A stretch of DNA of 63,586 nt, the filler included, from Octopus bimaculoides (lineage: Eukaryota), in the NCBI RefSeq assembly GCF_001194135.2. It is 5 parts of 4 records of this genome, joined end to end, with 100 filler letters (N's around TTAATTAATTAA, not from the genome) between each part and the next. Parts side by side here need not be neighbours in the genome. Positions count along the whole stretch, not along the records: positions 40,664 to 53,005 come from NC_068996.1; positions 53,106 to 61,891 come from NC_068996.1; positions 61,992 to 63,586 come from NC_068984.1; 2 more parts are not named here. One strand, given 5' to 3'. Numbering within the stretch: the stretch's first letter is position 1; each line of letters starts with the position of its first letter. Under the pieces are notes generated by a model. It made no database searches, was not told where the DNA came from, and saw only the letters and a program-made list of their open reading frames with translations. The position numbers and the translations under genes are program-made. Shown in pieces: positions 50,901-63,586 of the stretch.

Positions 50901-51044
50901 TACATATACATAAACTCACACACGTACACATGCACACAATTAAAAAATATATATAAAAAATTAAAAATTAAAAATTAATAGAAGTTAAGACATATGAGAA
51001 AGCTTGTGCAGGAACATAGGAGAAATGTGGATTCTAGCCGTAAT

Positions 51045-51415
51045 CTTCGGTGGCCCAAAACCGTAACAGGTATTTTGTCACATGTGGACATGATCCAAAG
51101 ACTTCAGTTCTACCAGGGTCCAAGGAACTTTTCCGGATGAGCCATCTTTCCATATTACTAAGACCGCACTTTCCGCTACCGTCGGTATAAGGTTTACACT
51201 TGGCTAAGATCTTCCAGTAAAATCTGTAGTTGACACCTTGTTCTTTTAAGAACCATTTATAACTAGATAATTTGGTAGTTTATCGTTTATTCCAGTGTCT
51301 GAAGCTTAAGGTGTGATTGTTGAGTCTTGTTTTGAAATTTCCCTCTGTGAGACCCACATATCTCTTGGATGAAACTGTATTATTAGCGTTCGTTGAATTT
51401 ATGGTGGCTTCATGC
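51045..51415 (-). mobile_element. GIY-YIG domain of a different PLE lineage (Naiad-like)
   Basis: Translation EATI...KRYVGLTEGNFKTRLNNHTLSFRH..*TTKLSSYKWFLK....YRFYWKIL..CKPY....KCGLSNME......RTEVFGSCPH..KYLL. It has one in-frame TAA. Confidence 0.8.
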
Positions 51416-51824
51416 ATATATATATATAATGTATACATATATAATATATATGCATATATATATATATATATATATNNNNNNNNNNATATATATAAGTATA
51501 TGCATATATATATACATATATATGCATATATATATATATATATATATATACGTATGTATATATATATGTATGTATATATGTATGTATGTGTGTGCATGTA
51601 TGTATAATTGTCATAATCACGTGCTACTTTCCTCATATTTTTGTAACTCTGACATATATTGATGTTTTACAATGTTTCTCTCCAAAGCATATTTAATGGA
51701 ATGATGATTCACTCAAAGGTGGTCCATTCCTGGAATAGTAGTTTAAGTACCCCACATAACTCCTTATACGAATGTAAAAATTTAAGGGGGATTTTGCTGT
51801 TGTTTTTAGCACATCGCATGACAG

Positions 51825-52002
51825 CCTGCGACCATGCTGGAGCACCGTTTTGAAGAGATTTTAGTCAAAGGAATCGATCTCAGTATATTTTAAAGCCTGG
51901 TACTTACATTGTCGGTCGCTTTTGCTGAACTGTTAAGTTCCGGGGGCGTAAACACATCAACACCTGTTTCAAGTGTTGGTTGAGGACAAACACAGGCACA
52001 AA

Positions 52003-52083
<81 letters not shown>

Positions 52084-52243
52084 GGCGGGCTTCTTCTAGT
52101 TTCCGTCAACCAAATCCACTCATAATGCTTTGATCATCCCGAGGTTATAGTGGAAGACACTTATCCAAGGTACCACACAGTTGAACTGAACTCGGAACTA
52201 TGTAGTTGAGTAGCAAGATTCTTACCACACGGCCACGCCTGTG
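51825..52243 (-). mobile_element. SINE family A, full length, diverged
   Basis: Tail, CA/TA centre and head are colinear with the other copies. Confidence 0.85.
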
Positions 52244-52689
52244 ACCAAATACACTGTAACATGATATCTGATGGCATACGAGAATAGGCACATACAGTTA
52301 GTGCTTAGGTCCAACTAGTGCCTTAACTCGAATTTTAAATGCAACTTAAATGCTTCAAAAATGGCACGAAGTGCATCTGTCATTACCTTTTGATTCGCTG
52401 CAATGACAATGCTCCACCGGCCTCGATAACTGGACAAGTCTAGAAATAGATTTTATCTCTGACTATTCAAACAACATCATCCGTTATAACGGTGTATATG
52501 CATATAGTATGAAATACCGATGTCGATTTTAATTTAATGTTGTTTCACTTACAAATATCACGGTTTAAACACATACAAACACGCGTGCGCAGGCATACAC
52601 ATACGCATGCACATACACGCACACACACATATGAAAAATATAGAGAAAGAGAAAAGATTGACAGATAGATAAATACATACATACATAAA

Positions 52690-52722
52690 TAAGCGGATAG
52701 ATAGACAAATAGAGAGACAGAC

Positions 52723-52795
<73 letters not shown>

Positions 52796-52796
52796 C

Positions 52797-52856
<60 letters not shown>
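52690..52856. repeat. (GATA)n tetranucleotide array
   Basis: Long GATA run. Confidence 0.95.
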
Positions 52857-52857
<1 letters not shown>

Positions 52858-53005
52858 CATTTCTTTTATTAGCCACACAGGGCTCAACGAAGATGGGACA
52901 AATACAATGTAGAGCTTTTCTTTTTGGGAGGGGGAAAAAAAAGTGGTGGTGTCGATCAAAAGGGATCGTAGGAAGGGAAAAAGGGGGAGTTCGATCAAAA
53001 GGGAT
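52855..53005 (-). mobile_element. Second copy of the (TATC)n-associated retroelement 3' end
   Basis: Near-identical reverse complement of 33046-33210, ending at a gap. Confidence 0.75.
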
Positions 53006-53105
53006 NNNNNNNNNNNNNNNNNNNNNNNNNNNNNNNNNNNNNNNNNNNNTTAATTAATTAANNNNNNNNNNNNNNNNNNNNNNNNNNNNNNNNNNNNNNN
53101 NNNNN

Positions 53106-53159
<54 letters not shown>

Positions 53160-53169
53160 TACACACACG

Positions 53170-53320
53170 AGGCTGTGTAAGAAGCTTGCTTCCCAATCAC
53201 ATCGTTCCGGGTTCAGTCCCACTACAAGACACCTTAAGGAAGTGTCTTCTACTATAGCCTCGAGCCGACCAAAGCCTTGTGAATGGATTTGGTAGACGAA
53301 AACTGTAAGAAGCCCGTCGT
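53170..53320 (+). mobile_element. SINE family A, 5' half
   Basis: GGGTTCAGTCCC B box and a CORE-like segment. Confidence 0.8.
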
Positions 53321-53321
53321 G

Positions 53322-53371
<50 letters not shown>

Positions 53372-54863
53372 TGTGTGAGTGTGTGTGTATGTCCCAGTAT
53401 ACCTTTTACATTTTACTTCTTTCGGTCATTGGACAATGGCTGGCCATTGTTGGGACACCGACTTGAATCGCGTAGTCGAACAAGACAATCCCGATATTTG
53501 CTTTGTAGTTTTGTCCTTTATCCATCCTTTTTGTCCCATCACTTGCTAACAGAGACGTTAACAAACCAACGCTGGTTGTCCAGCGATATTGAGGAAACAA
53601 AGACACACATACAAACACAAACAAAGAAAATACATGCATAAACACACACATACATATATATATACGCCAGGCTTCGACACACGCTCCGTCTGACAAATTC
53701 ATTCAATAGACGTTGGTTGACACGGGGCTGTGGTAGAAGACAGAAACTCTTAGTGTTGGTCACCAAAAGGAATACTCAGTACAAACACAGAGTGCAATAG
53801 CTTAAGCCGGTCTAGCGGCCTGATACTTATAAGTTTCTATGGCTTGTTCTTTCTTCTTCAGTTCCGGTCGATTAGGTCCAATGGTCCAATGGGCGTGAAG
53901 CAGTGATGGAACGCTGTGATAACCTCGGACCTGGTCAAATAAACTATGTCCGTCTGTGTGTATATATGTGTACGCATGTTTGTTTGTACATAGATACAAA
54001 CATACATATATATATATACATGCATACACACACATACACACACGCACACACACACACACACACTCATATATATATGCATATGTACATATATACACATATA
54101 TACATACATGCATGCATACATACTTACATGCATACATGCACATACATACACACACATATATACATACATACGTACGTACATACATACATACATACATACA
54201 TACATACATACATACACACGCATACATACATACATCTATACATACATACATACATACATACATACATACACACGCATACATACATACATATATATACATG
54301 CATACACACACATACACACACGCACACACACACACCCTCATATATATATGCATATATACATATATACACATATATACATACATGCATGCANNNNNNNNNN
54401 NNNNNNNNNNNNNNNNNNNNNNNNNNNNNNNNNNNNNNNNNNNNNNNNNNNNNNNNNNNNNNNNNNNNNNNNNNNNNNNNNNNNNNNNNNNNNNNNNNNN
54501 NNNNNNNNNNNNNNNNNNNNNNNNNNNNNNNNNNNNNNNNNNNNNNNNNNNNNNNNNNNNNNNNNNNNNNNNNNNNNNNNNNNNNNNNNNNNNNNNNNNN
54601 NNNNNNNNNNNNNNNNNNNNNNNNNNNNNNNNNNNNNNNNNNNNNNNNNNNNNNNNNNNNNNNNNNNNNNNNNNNNNNNNNNNNNNNNNNNNNNNNNNNN
54701 NNNNNNNNNNNNNNNNNNNNNNNNNNNNNNNNNNNNNNNNNNNNNNNNNNNNNNNNNNNNNNNNNNNNNNNNNNNNNNNNNNNNNNNNNNNNNNNNNNNN
54801 NNNNNNNNNNNNNNNNNNNNNNNNNNNNNNNNNNNNNNNNNNNNNNNNNNNNNNNNNNNNNNN

Positions 54864-54901
<38 letters not shown>

Positions 54902-55248
54902 TCATACTTACGCGTACATAAATAGACACACACACGCATACGCACAAACACACATTTGTAATACACACCCGATGCTCTCTCTCACACACGTATCTTCAAT
55001 TAAGATACATAGGAAGCTATGTAAGATAGTTAGAAAGCTACGTAAACAGAGGCATGCATACACTCACGGTTAATGTACATGTTTTGTAGGCGGAGCTGTA
55101 GCATAACCTTGGCCATGATGGCTAAAACATACGTATTTATGTATTTGCGTGTGTTCTAATGCAACGCACACAGACGAAATCTACATGCATACATAAACAC
55201 ATAGATAAATATAGACATAAGTACACATGTATGGGTATATATGTTTAT

Positions 55249-55281
<33 letters not shown>

Positions 55282-55457
55282 TATATGTTTGTGTGTGTGT
55301 TGTGTGTGTAAATGTTATCATTTTGTCTATTTGAATATGTGCATGCACATACATTCATATATAAAACTCATATGTGAGTTAATATGTGTATGTATATATG
55401 ATATACATGTGTGCGTATGTACGTATGTGCGTTTGTGCGTATGTATGTATATTCATA

Positions 55458-55523
<66 letters not shown>

Positions 55524-55701
55524 TGCGTGCATATTTATGTGTATATATATACATATATAGACATAAAATATATATATATGTATATATATGTATGTATTGC
55601 TTCGTCAGTGCGTATGTAAGTGTGTCACACATAATTTCAACGGCAGACGCATTCATAGGCAGACAGACAGTGGCAGATAACACCCCTTCCATTCATACTC
55701 A

Positions 55702-55773
<72 letters not shown>

Positions 55774-56394
55774 ACGCTTCGAATGCGTGGTTACATGCCA
55801 AGTCTTCTATACGCATTCGCTTATGCTCCTACACACACATTATTACGACTAACAAGCTCACATACGCTTACGAGCACCATACACACAACCACACATACAC
55901 ACACACATATACTCACACATATACTCACACACCCGCTTACCCCTCCACAGCATTCATACACACACATACACACACACATACTGGATATACTGATACGCGC
56001 ATGGGACACACGTAGTCACCGAGTTTTACACATACATACGCTAAACCATCTGCGCTGAAGTCTAGGCTATTAACAGAACAAAAGCCATTTCTGAAACGAG
56101 CAGCACGAGAAGTAGAAGGGAGAATGCTGACTGACTCCTACAATAAATAAATACAATAAAATAAAATAAGATATGTAGATAAATAAATAAAAAAGAAAAT
56201 TTTAGGAGAGTAGGGCATTGGTATAAACAAAGCCAAAACTAACTGCTCCTTTACAAAGATGAATTATGGGGGTCCAGAAACTGTACAAGCCCCAGAGACG
56301 GCAGCAGCAGCAAATGTTTGTGAAGGATGAGGATGTAGTGTATTATGTTATTATATATTGGAAGAAAATATATCACCCAAAGCTGAAGAAAACG

Positions 56395-56830
56395 AGAAGG
56401 AAGGAGAAGGAGAAGAAGAAGAAGAATAAGAAGAAGAAGAAGAAGAAGAAGGAGAAGAAGGAGAAGAAGAAGAAGAAGAAGAAGAAGAAGAAGACGAAGG
56501 AAAAGGAGAAAGGGAAGAAGAATAAAAGAAGAAGAAGAAGAAGACGAAGAAGAAGAAGAAGAAGAAGAAGACGAAGGAAAAGGAGAAGGGGAAGAAGAAT
56601 AAGAAGAAGAAGAAGGAGAAGAAGAAGAAGAAGAAGACGAAGAAGAAGAAGGGGAAGAAGGAGAAGAAAAAGAAGGAGGAGAAGAAGACGAAGGAGCAGG
56701 AGAAGGGGAAGAAGAAGAAGACGAAGAAGAAGAAGAAGAAGACAAAGGAGAAGGAGAAGAAGAAGAAGAAGAAGGGGAAGAAGGAGAAGAAGAAGAAGAA
56801 GAAGAAGAAGAAGAAGAAGATGGTGATGAT
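56395..56830. repeat. (GAA/GGA)n tract with a higher-order repeat
   Basis: Pure-purine run. The unit GACGAAGGAAAAGGAGAAxGGGAAGAAG recurs. Confidence 0.92.
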
Positions 56831-57046
56831 GAACAACAGGAGGAGGAAAGTTCGTGTGTACATGCGTGCATCTGCGTGTGTGTTTGTGTCTGCGTGCACA
56901 CGTGAGTACGTGTGTGTATGCATGTGCACACGAGTGTTTGTGTATGAACATAGGTTTGTGTGTGTAGGTGTGTGTGTGTGAATGTATATATACGTGTGTG
57001 TTTGTGTGTGTATGTATATGTATATGCATATATATGTGTGTGTGTG

Positions 57047-57097
<51 letters not shown>

Positions 57098-57246
57098 GTG
57101 TGTGTGTGTATGCATATATATATATATATGCATGTGTTTGTGTGTGTTAATCTGTGTTAGTGTGTGTATGTGTGTACACGTGTGTAAAAAACTGGAAGAA
57201 AAATGTAGAGATACGTCCAGTAAGAGAGGGTGGGAGAGCGAGAGAA

Positions 57247-57290
<44 letters not shown>

Positions 57291-57493
57291 GGAGAGAGAG
57301 AGAGAGAAAGAGAGAACCAGATGTCAATTGAAAGAAAAGCAGACGACTTAGAGAAAGATACAGGAAGAGAGTCGGGAGAGAAATGTTGAAGGAAAATGGT
57401 GAAAAATGTGAGAGAAGGAGAGCATTTGTGAGAAATAAAGGCCAAATATATATAGGAGAGAAGCAAGAGGAGGAGGAAAAAAGATGAGGGGGA

Positions 57494-57495
<2 letters not shown>

Positions 57496-57526
<31 letters not shown>

Positions 57527-57727
57527 CCGACGACGACGACGACGAAGAAGAAGAAGAAGAAGAAGAAGAAGAAGAAGAAGAAGAAGAAGAAGAAGAAGAA
57601 GAAGAAGCGGAAGAAGAAGAAGAAGAAGAAGAAGAAGAAGCAGAAGAAGAAGCAGAAGAAGAAGGAGGAGGAGGAGGAGAAGAAGAAGAAGAAGGGGGAG
57701 GAGGAGGAGGAGGAGGAGAAGAAGAAG

Positions 57728-57759
<32 letters not shown>

Positions 57760-57869
57760 GAAGGAGGAGGAGGAGAAGGAGAAGAAGAAAAAGAAGAAGA
57801 AGAAGAAGAAGAAGAAGAAGAAGAAGACGAAGAAGAAGAAGACGAAGAAGAAGAAGACGAAGAAGAAGA
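57496..57869. repeat. (GAT)(GAC)(GAA)(GGA)n compound trinucleotide tract
   Basis: Simple repeat. The poly-D/E ORF has no non-repeat coding context. Confidence 0.9.
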
Positions 57870-58165
57870 ATGAGGAGGGAGAGTAAGGAGGCAGAGAAAC
57901 AAGGGGACGAGTACGATGTACATGAGGGCAAAAGAAAGAGCAAGCTACGCAAAAGGGATAGAAAGAGAGAAAGTAGAGAGAAAGTAGAGAGAGAGAGAGA
58001 GAGAGGAGAGAGTGGAAAGAGAAAGAGAGAAAGTTTAGCGAGGAGAGAGAGAGAGAGAGAGAGAGAAAGAAAGAGTAAGCGGAAGATAAAATATCTTGCC
58101 CTCATATAAATGATATTGGAGAAGCATTTATTATCCAGTGAGACGAGAGAAAAGAAACGAAAAGA

Positions 58166-58233
<68 letters not shown>

Positions 58234-58899
58234 TGTTGAGAGGGAAATAGAGATTATAGTGGCAGTAGTGATGAAGATCGTGGTGATTGAAAAAGAAGAC
58301 GAAAACAGAATTAACTGAGGAAGGATGAGGGACAAACGCCGAGAGAGGAGAGAGGAGAGAGGGGGAGAGGGGAGAGGCGCAGGAGAGAAGGGGAAAGGTG
58401 AGGGGGAGAGGAGAGAGGGAGATGAGAGGGGAGGGGAGGGGAGAGGAGAGAGGGGAAGAGGAGANNNNNNNNNNGGGGGAACGAACGAGAGCGAGAGTAA
58501 GATAAATTCAAAATATAGTTGAAGTTTAAGAATTCTTAGAATTCTAAAAGGATGTGAGAATGAGATTTTGAAAAATGAGATGTAGTGGGAGAATACTCGG
58601 TAGAGCCATTGAAAGAACTAGATTGAAAAGAAAAAGGGAAATATACACGCTAACTGTTAGATGCACATTTAAATGTGATATAAATTGATATGTCGATTTA
58701 TATGTAGCAGGACATTAGTGTTCACATCTCCGTAACATAAACTGCTCATAGTGTTGCCTATAAACAAGAAAATCCATTAAGCAAGGACTTTAGAACAATA
58801 CAAACATCAACAAATCTTTTGTTTCGACATTCTTACTAAATGTATGACGTATGAACCCACCACTCTATGCTCAAGAATGGAAGATCAGATGCATCTGAG

Positions 58900-61715
58900 A
58901 ATTGGTTTGATGAAATGAAACGCTGTATCCTTTACATCTTCACGGAAACCCACCAAGACAATTCCAATATGGATACCAACTGAAAAAGAATCACCATTAT
59001 CCATGCAGATCACGCTGGCGGAAATAAAGAAAGAGCAGCCATCTTTATCCATGATTCATTTTCTGTGAATGTTTAAGACATATTTTCCAATAGTTACTGT
59101 GAATCTGTGTTACTATACAACAAATTTAATGACATAACCATATTTGGTCGCTATATGATTCCTCAAACTCTTCTACAATTCTTTGAATGGACCTCCAAAA
59201 AGTCAAGTCTTCCCTCCAAAAGCACAACTTAGGAAACATTAATGATAGGTGATTTTTAATCTTCCTCATATGAAGAGGTTCACAAATACCCTGAAACCAG
59301 GTAACTTCATTTCGACACCAGATAAAACAGCAACAGAATTGCTATTTAGCTTCATAGATGGAATTCTCTGTTCCTACTTATAGCTTCAGCCAACAAGACA
59401 GGACAAAATTATTTTAGTTTGTTAAGGTTATTTCTACAGACATTTTATAGAAATGACAGCCAGCACTGATTTTTGCCACAGCGTCTCATATACGATACGT
59501 TAGATGTAAACAAACAATGAAATTTTAGGCTTGACATTAACAAACTACTCTAGCATTTCCGTTGAAAAAATCTCAGCTCTTTGACCAAGACATGATACTC
59601 TGCAACTCTAGTTTCCGGCATGCCAAAGCCAAACCAGTCACTCTTGCCCCAGTGCATCTGTTCAACAGTATCAATCTTTACAAAGCAGACTGTAGAGCAA
59701 TTAGAACGGATCTGTCATTTAACGACTGGTCATTCACTCACAGTTCCTCTGATAGTGAAGCAACTTGGTAGCTTCTTGAGAACAGTGTTCAAAATGAGCT
59801 GCTATGAAGCTCACAAGCACAAACTGAAGTAAGATTCTAAGAGAGAGAGAAAATTACTTAGCAGAAAAATTTAAAAACTTGATACAAAAGAACAAAAACA
59901 AAAAAACAATTGAAATACTACGACCAACAGCATCTACAAACAACAACAATAAGGACACTTGCGTTGCAAAAATATCTGCAGAGGAACATGAAAACAAACA
60001 GCAATAACTGTAGACGAAATATAAATTTAAAAGAAAATCGAACACAGCCCCAAAGTTTCCTCTTGATTTACCAACAAAAATTGGACTGCTGTTTCATCCA
60101 TTGGTTCACTGATGGAAGATAATAGCATTCTAGCAGAGATCCTGCAGAAATACTATATCTCTGTCTTTAGCGATCCTATTGACTTTGACATAGAATAGTT
60201 CAACACATTCAACCCCAAACATATTTTTGACATAGCTTTCACTGCCTCCGGCATGATCGTACCAATAATTAAAACGAAATATTATTCTGTAGTAGTCCCT
60301 GATAGATTCCCTCCTTGTGTTTTGAAGGAATGCAGGCATCAATTTAAATCCCTTCAAACCAACTAATGGATAATATCTTTTCACTCAGGCTATTCACCCA
60401 AACATTTCTCTTCTTAGTTTTGAAAAAAGGTAAACAGATTTCTTGCAGTTAACTATCGCCCAATTAAACTCATCTCTCACACCATCAATGTATTTAAAAG
60501 GGTTGTGAGAACAAGGGTAACTGCCTTCCTGGAGAGTAAAAATCACCTAAATTTTTCGTCGCGGCAGAAACTGCCCAACTCAACTTTTACCTTACAATAA
60601 TGATACCCTTAAAGTTTGGGGAGATAGTTCGAACTCTTATGTTTATATATCTTAACTTCAACAAAGCCTTCAACAGAGTTGACAATAATAATGTCCGACA
60701 TTAATCTGTGGTAAACTGCTGTGCTGGATTTATTATAGTATTTCCTGGTGAACAGAACCCAACAAGTTGTAACCAATCAAATCCACGCAAGCCCAGCAAA
60801 AATCACCAGTGAAGTTACTTTAGGGACTGTTTACGACCATTTATCTCCATATTCTACATAAACATGTCAAATGTCATCAATGCAGTAAAATAGAAATATT
60901 CGCAGATGACTCCAAGCAGTACAACTTATCGATAAAAAGAAAGATCAGACTACACTCCACTCTAATGTGCGTGGTGTAAGACAACGGTCTGAGAGAAACA
61001 ACATTCGGTTAAATGAGAGGAAAAGAATGTACTCAAAGAATAATACTCGATTCAAGAAAGCGACTCATGGCATCCAATAATATCAGAAATTTAGAAGTAA
61101 CTGTTAACAACAATAGGCGCAGGAGTGGCTGTGTGGTAAGTAGCTTGCTTTATCAACCACATGGTTCCAGGTTCATTCCCACTGCGTGGCACCTTCGGCA
61201 AGTGTCTTCTACTATAGCTTCGGGCTGACCAAAGTCTTGTGAATGGATTTGGTAGACGGAAACTGAAAGAAGCCCATCGTATATATGTTTATATATATGT
61301 GTGTATATATGTTTGTGTGTCTCTGTATGTCCCCCCAACATCGCTTGACAATAGATTGTGGTGTGTTTATGTCCCCGTAACTTAGCGGTTCGGCAAAAGA
61401 GACCGATAGAATAAGTACTAGGCTTACAAAGAATAAGTCCTGGGATCGATTTGCTCGACTAAATGCGGTGCTCCAGCATGGCCGCAGTCAAATGACTGAA
61501 ACAAGTAAAAGAGTAACAATCTCAGCTGAATCGCTCACATCAACAATAAAGACAATATTCCAGCAAGATGCCATCCTGGATTCTCAGAATTTTCCAGTCC
61601 TGAAGACCAGATGGTACCTTTGCCTTTTTCTCTCCTTTGTATGGAATTCTGCTGCCCGGTGGTTTCCTCATTCGAATTAAAGCATTACGACAATTGAGAC
61701 ACCCAAAGAACAGGG
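58900..61715 (+). mobile_element. CR1/L2-type LINE relic (APE endonuclease + RT), interrupted by a SINE
   Basis: Motifs LMIGDF(N)LP (~59240), NLYKADCRAIRTDLSFNDW, PDRFPPCVLKEC, NYRPIKLISH (60451), YLNFNKAFNRVD, FLVNRTQQV and IFADDSK (60899). After the SINE come WILRIFQS and EFCCPVV. There are many stops and frameshifts. Confidence 0.85.
61115..61514 (+). mobile_element. SINE family A, full-length reference copy (octopus OR-type CORE-like SINE, named from memory)
   Basis: GGCGCAGGAGTGGCTGTGTGG (A box), GGTTCATTCCC (B box), CACCTTCGGCAAGTGTCTT (CORE-like), central TA/TG repeat and AAGTAAAAGAGT tail. Possible short TSD AACAAT. Confidence 0.9.
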
Positions 61716-61991
61716 ACACAATAAATAAATAAATAAATTAATTAATTAATTAAATAAACAAACGAATAAATGGTTCTATAAAACCAACATTTTTAATGTT
61801 ATTATATTTCGATATCTGGTTCTGATGAGATGTTTTTAAAGTCATGCAAACAATTTTAACGAAAGACTCGCAATATCAATAGCGTATGTTGNNNNNNNNN
61901 NNNNNNNNNNNNNNNNNNNNNNNNNNNNNNNNNNNTTAATTAATTAANNNNNNNNNNNNNNNNNNNNNNNNNNNNNNNNNNNNNNNNNNNN

Positions 61992-62031
<40 letters not shown>

Positions 62032-62078
62032 GATACACATGCATAAAAATATATACATATACGAGCGACACATACATA

Positions 62079-62116
<38 letters not shown>

Positions 62117-62929
62117 CAGTTATTATTATTTATCTCGTCTATGGTATCAAGTACTCTTTTCCTCGACAGTAAACACAAAATGAGTACACACACACACACA
62201 CATCATACTTAATACATATAGGCATCCACAGGCAAGATACTGCGGTTGTCTTATAGACGTGCTGCGTTAAAAAGAATATATATAACGGAAGAAGACGAAA
62301 AAGCACTCCGTTGGCGACAAATAAGAACGCCAGATACCATTTGGCTCCTTGGGCTTTGTCAATGGCATTTACTCGTACCCGTATGCCTTAAGCAAATTTG
62401 CCGTCACTGATATATAGAAAATAGTGAAAAATACATTTATTGATATTGCGAATAGCCTTTCGGACTAAGTAGCTACTCATGTATTTTACTTAATGTATAT
62501 ACTCCTTAACAAGCAAGATACTGCGGTTTTCATCTGAGATAAAAATTACTTATAGCCGTCCTGTGCAAAAAAAAATAAACAATAGAAATCGAAAGAGGAC
62601 GAAAAATCGTACCGTCAGTGGCTAACTAGAACGCCAGGTGCATTCCTTTATGTGTATACCTTTCTAGTTGGTCAGTGTGTTTGATAGTTCGTCGGGGAGT
62701 AGTCGTTTACAATCTTGCTGTCATCCCCCACAACTATGTTATCTTCGGATATTTATCCTGTTTGTAACTTTGACTAGCTATTCAATACGAATCTACTTTT
62801 AACGTCAACACTGAGTTCATATCCCCCAATGAATAGGGATTCTTTATTGTGGTGATATTGAATTTTTCTACGATGTATAGTCGACACATCTTGAAACTAT
62901 ATACGCAGATGATAGAACTGTTTTAGCGA

Positions 62930-63112
62930 AAACAGGGATATTGTTTTCAGTCGTATTTGTTTGTTTGTTAGTTTGTTTATCCGAGAACAAGATATCTCAA
63001 GAACCGCAGGATGGATTCGGATGAAACTTTCAGGGATGTTTGACCTCGTGACTGGCACAAACTGATTAGATTTTGGGGTCGGTCTGGTATCTGAGAAGGA
63101 TTCTGGATTATT
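62930..63112 (+). mobile_element. Partial second copy of the HINE-like element
   Basis: About 80% match by eye to the reverse complement of ~26965-27125 (GACTGGCACAAACTGATTAGATTTTGGG). Confidence 0.75.
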
Positions 63113-63586
63113 TGTTATATTTACTTTACATGATTACGATCTTATATTGACTTTCAAATCTTTCTCAATTATCTCCCTTTAGGCTGTTTTATTTTCGTTT
63201 CTCTTGTAGTACTCGCGTCTCTATCTTAGTAGAAACTGATGGATAAAGAAATCAAACTACATAGACAAACGGCAGCAAAACCGTTCAGAAATTAAATAAT
63301 ACTAACATATTTTTATAATATATATATTATATATTACAAATACATATTAACACTTTACAGTATACTTATATACATACATCTATACATCGATCTAAAACAA
63401 CAGGAAAACAAAAAGAAGGCTGGAATTTAAGAGAAGAGAAAACCATGCTATTCATTTAAAAATTCCTGATTAGAATTTATTATTATTACTTCCACCTTTG
63501 AAATTAATTTGGATGGTGAATTTGTTAACTTTGGTTTGTATTAGATAAAGATAAACTATTTATTACTGTTACTAAATTTTCTATAG

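Noticed and set aside
53810-53945. Unique GC-richer patch with splice-acceptor-like sites on both strands
   Set aside because: The plus strand has stops in all frames, and the minus-strand peptide matches nothing I recognise. No donor support.
56251-58105. Poly-R/K/E/L/S ORFs up to 584 aa
   Set aside because: Trinucleotide repeats that lack stops by construction; no flanking unique coding sequence or splice structure.
61820-61870. CTGATGA followed by a distant GAAA
   Set aside because: No stem II or stem I can be formed.

Overview
This is eukaryotic, AT-rich, repeat-dense DNA with many N-gaps. The SINE families and TA/CA/GATA/TAA microsatellites match what I recall of Octopus (cephalopod) genomes; that is recall, not a database search. 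I find no host protein-coding gene I can support. Most long six-frame ORFs are microsatellite or gap artefacts. What is supportable is a graveyard of transposable elements. DNA transposons: a full-length dead mariner (4.8-6.0 kb), two further mariner derivatives, a Helitron Rep/helicase relic, a Helentron-type HINE and nested hAT MITEs. LINEs: three pieces of an R4/Dong-type REL LINE and a CR1-type LINE relic. Penelope-like elements (PLEs): at least four coding remnants, including an almost intact RT+GIY-YIG ORF at 48.7-50.5 kb and a Naiad-like GIY-YIG. There are also dozens of SINEs from at least six families. The most interesting signals are two near-intact minimal hammerhead ribozymes (one with a U3:A8 core covariation), a ~245 bp foldback hairpin next to one of them, retroelements that appear to target (TAA)n and (TATC)n microsatellites, a V-domain SINE sharing a module with another SINE family, a 5'-inverted insertion with a 12 bp TSD, and close inverted SINE pairs that could form dsRNA. 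All family names come from motif recognition and need Dfam/Repbase/HMM confirmation.
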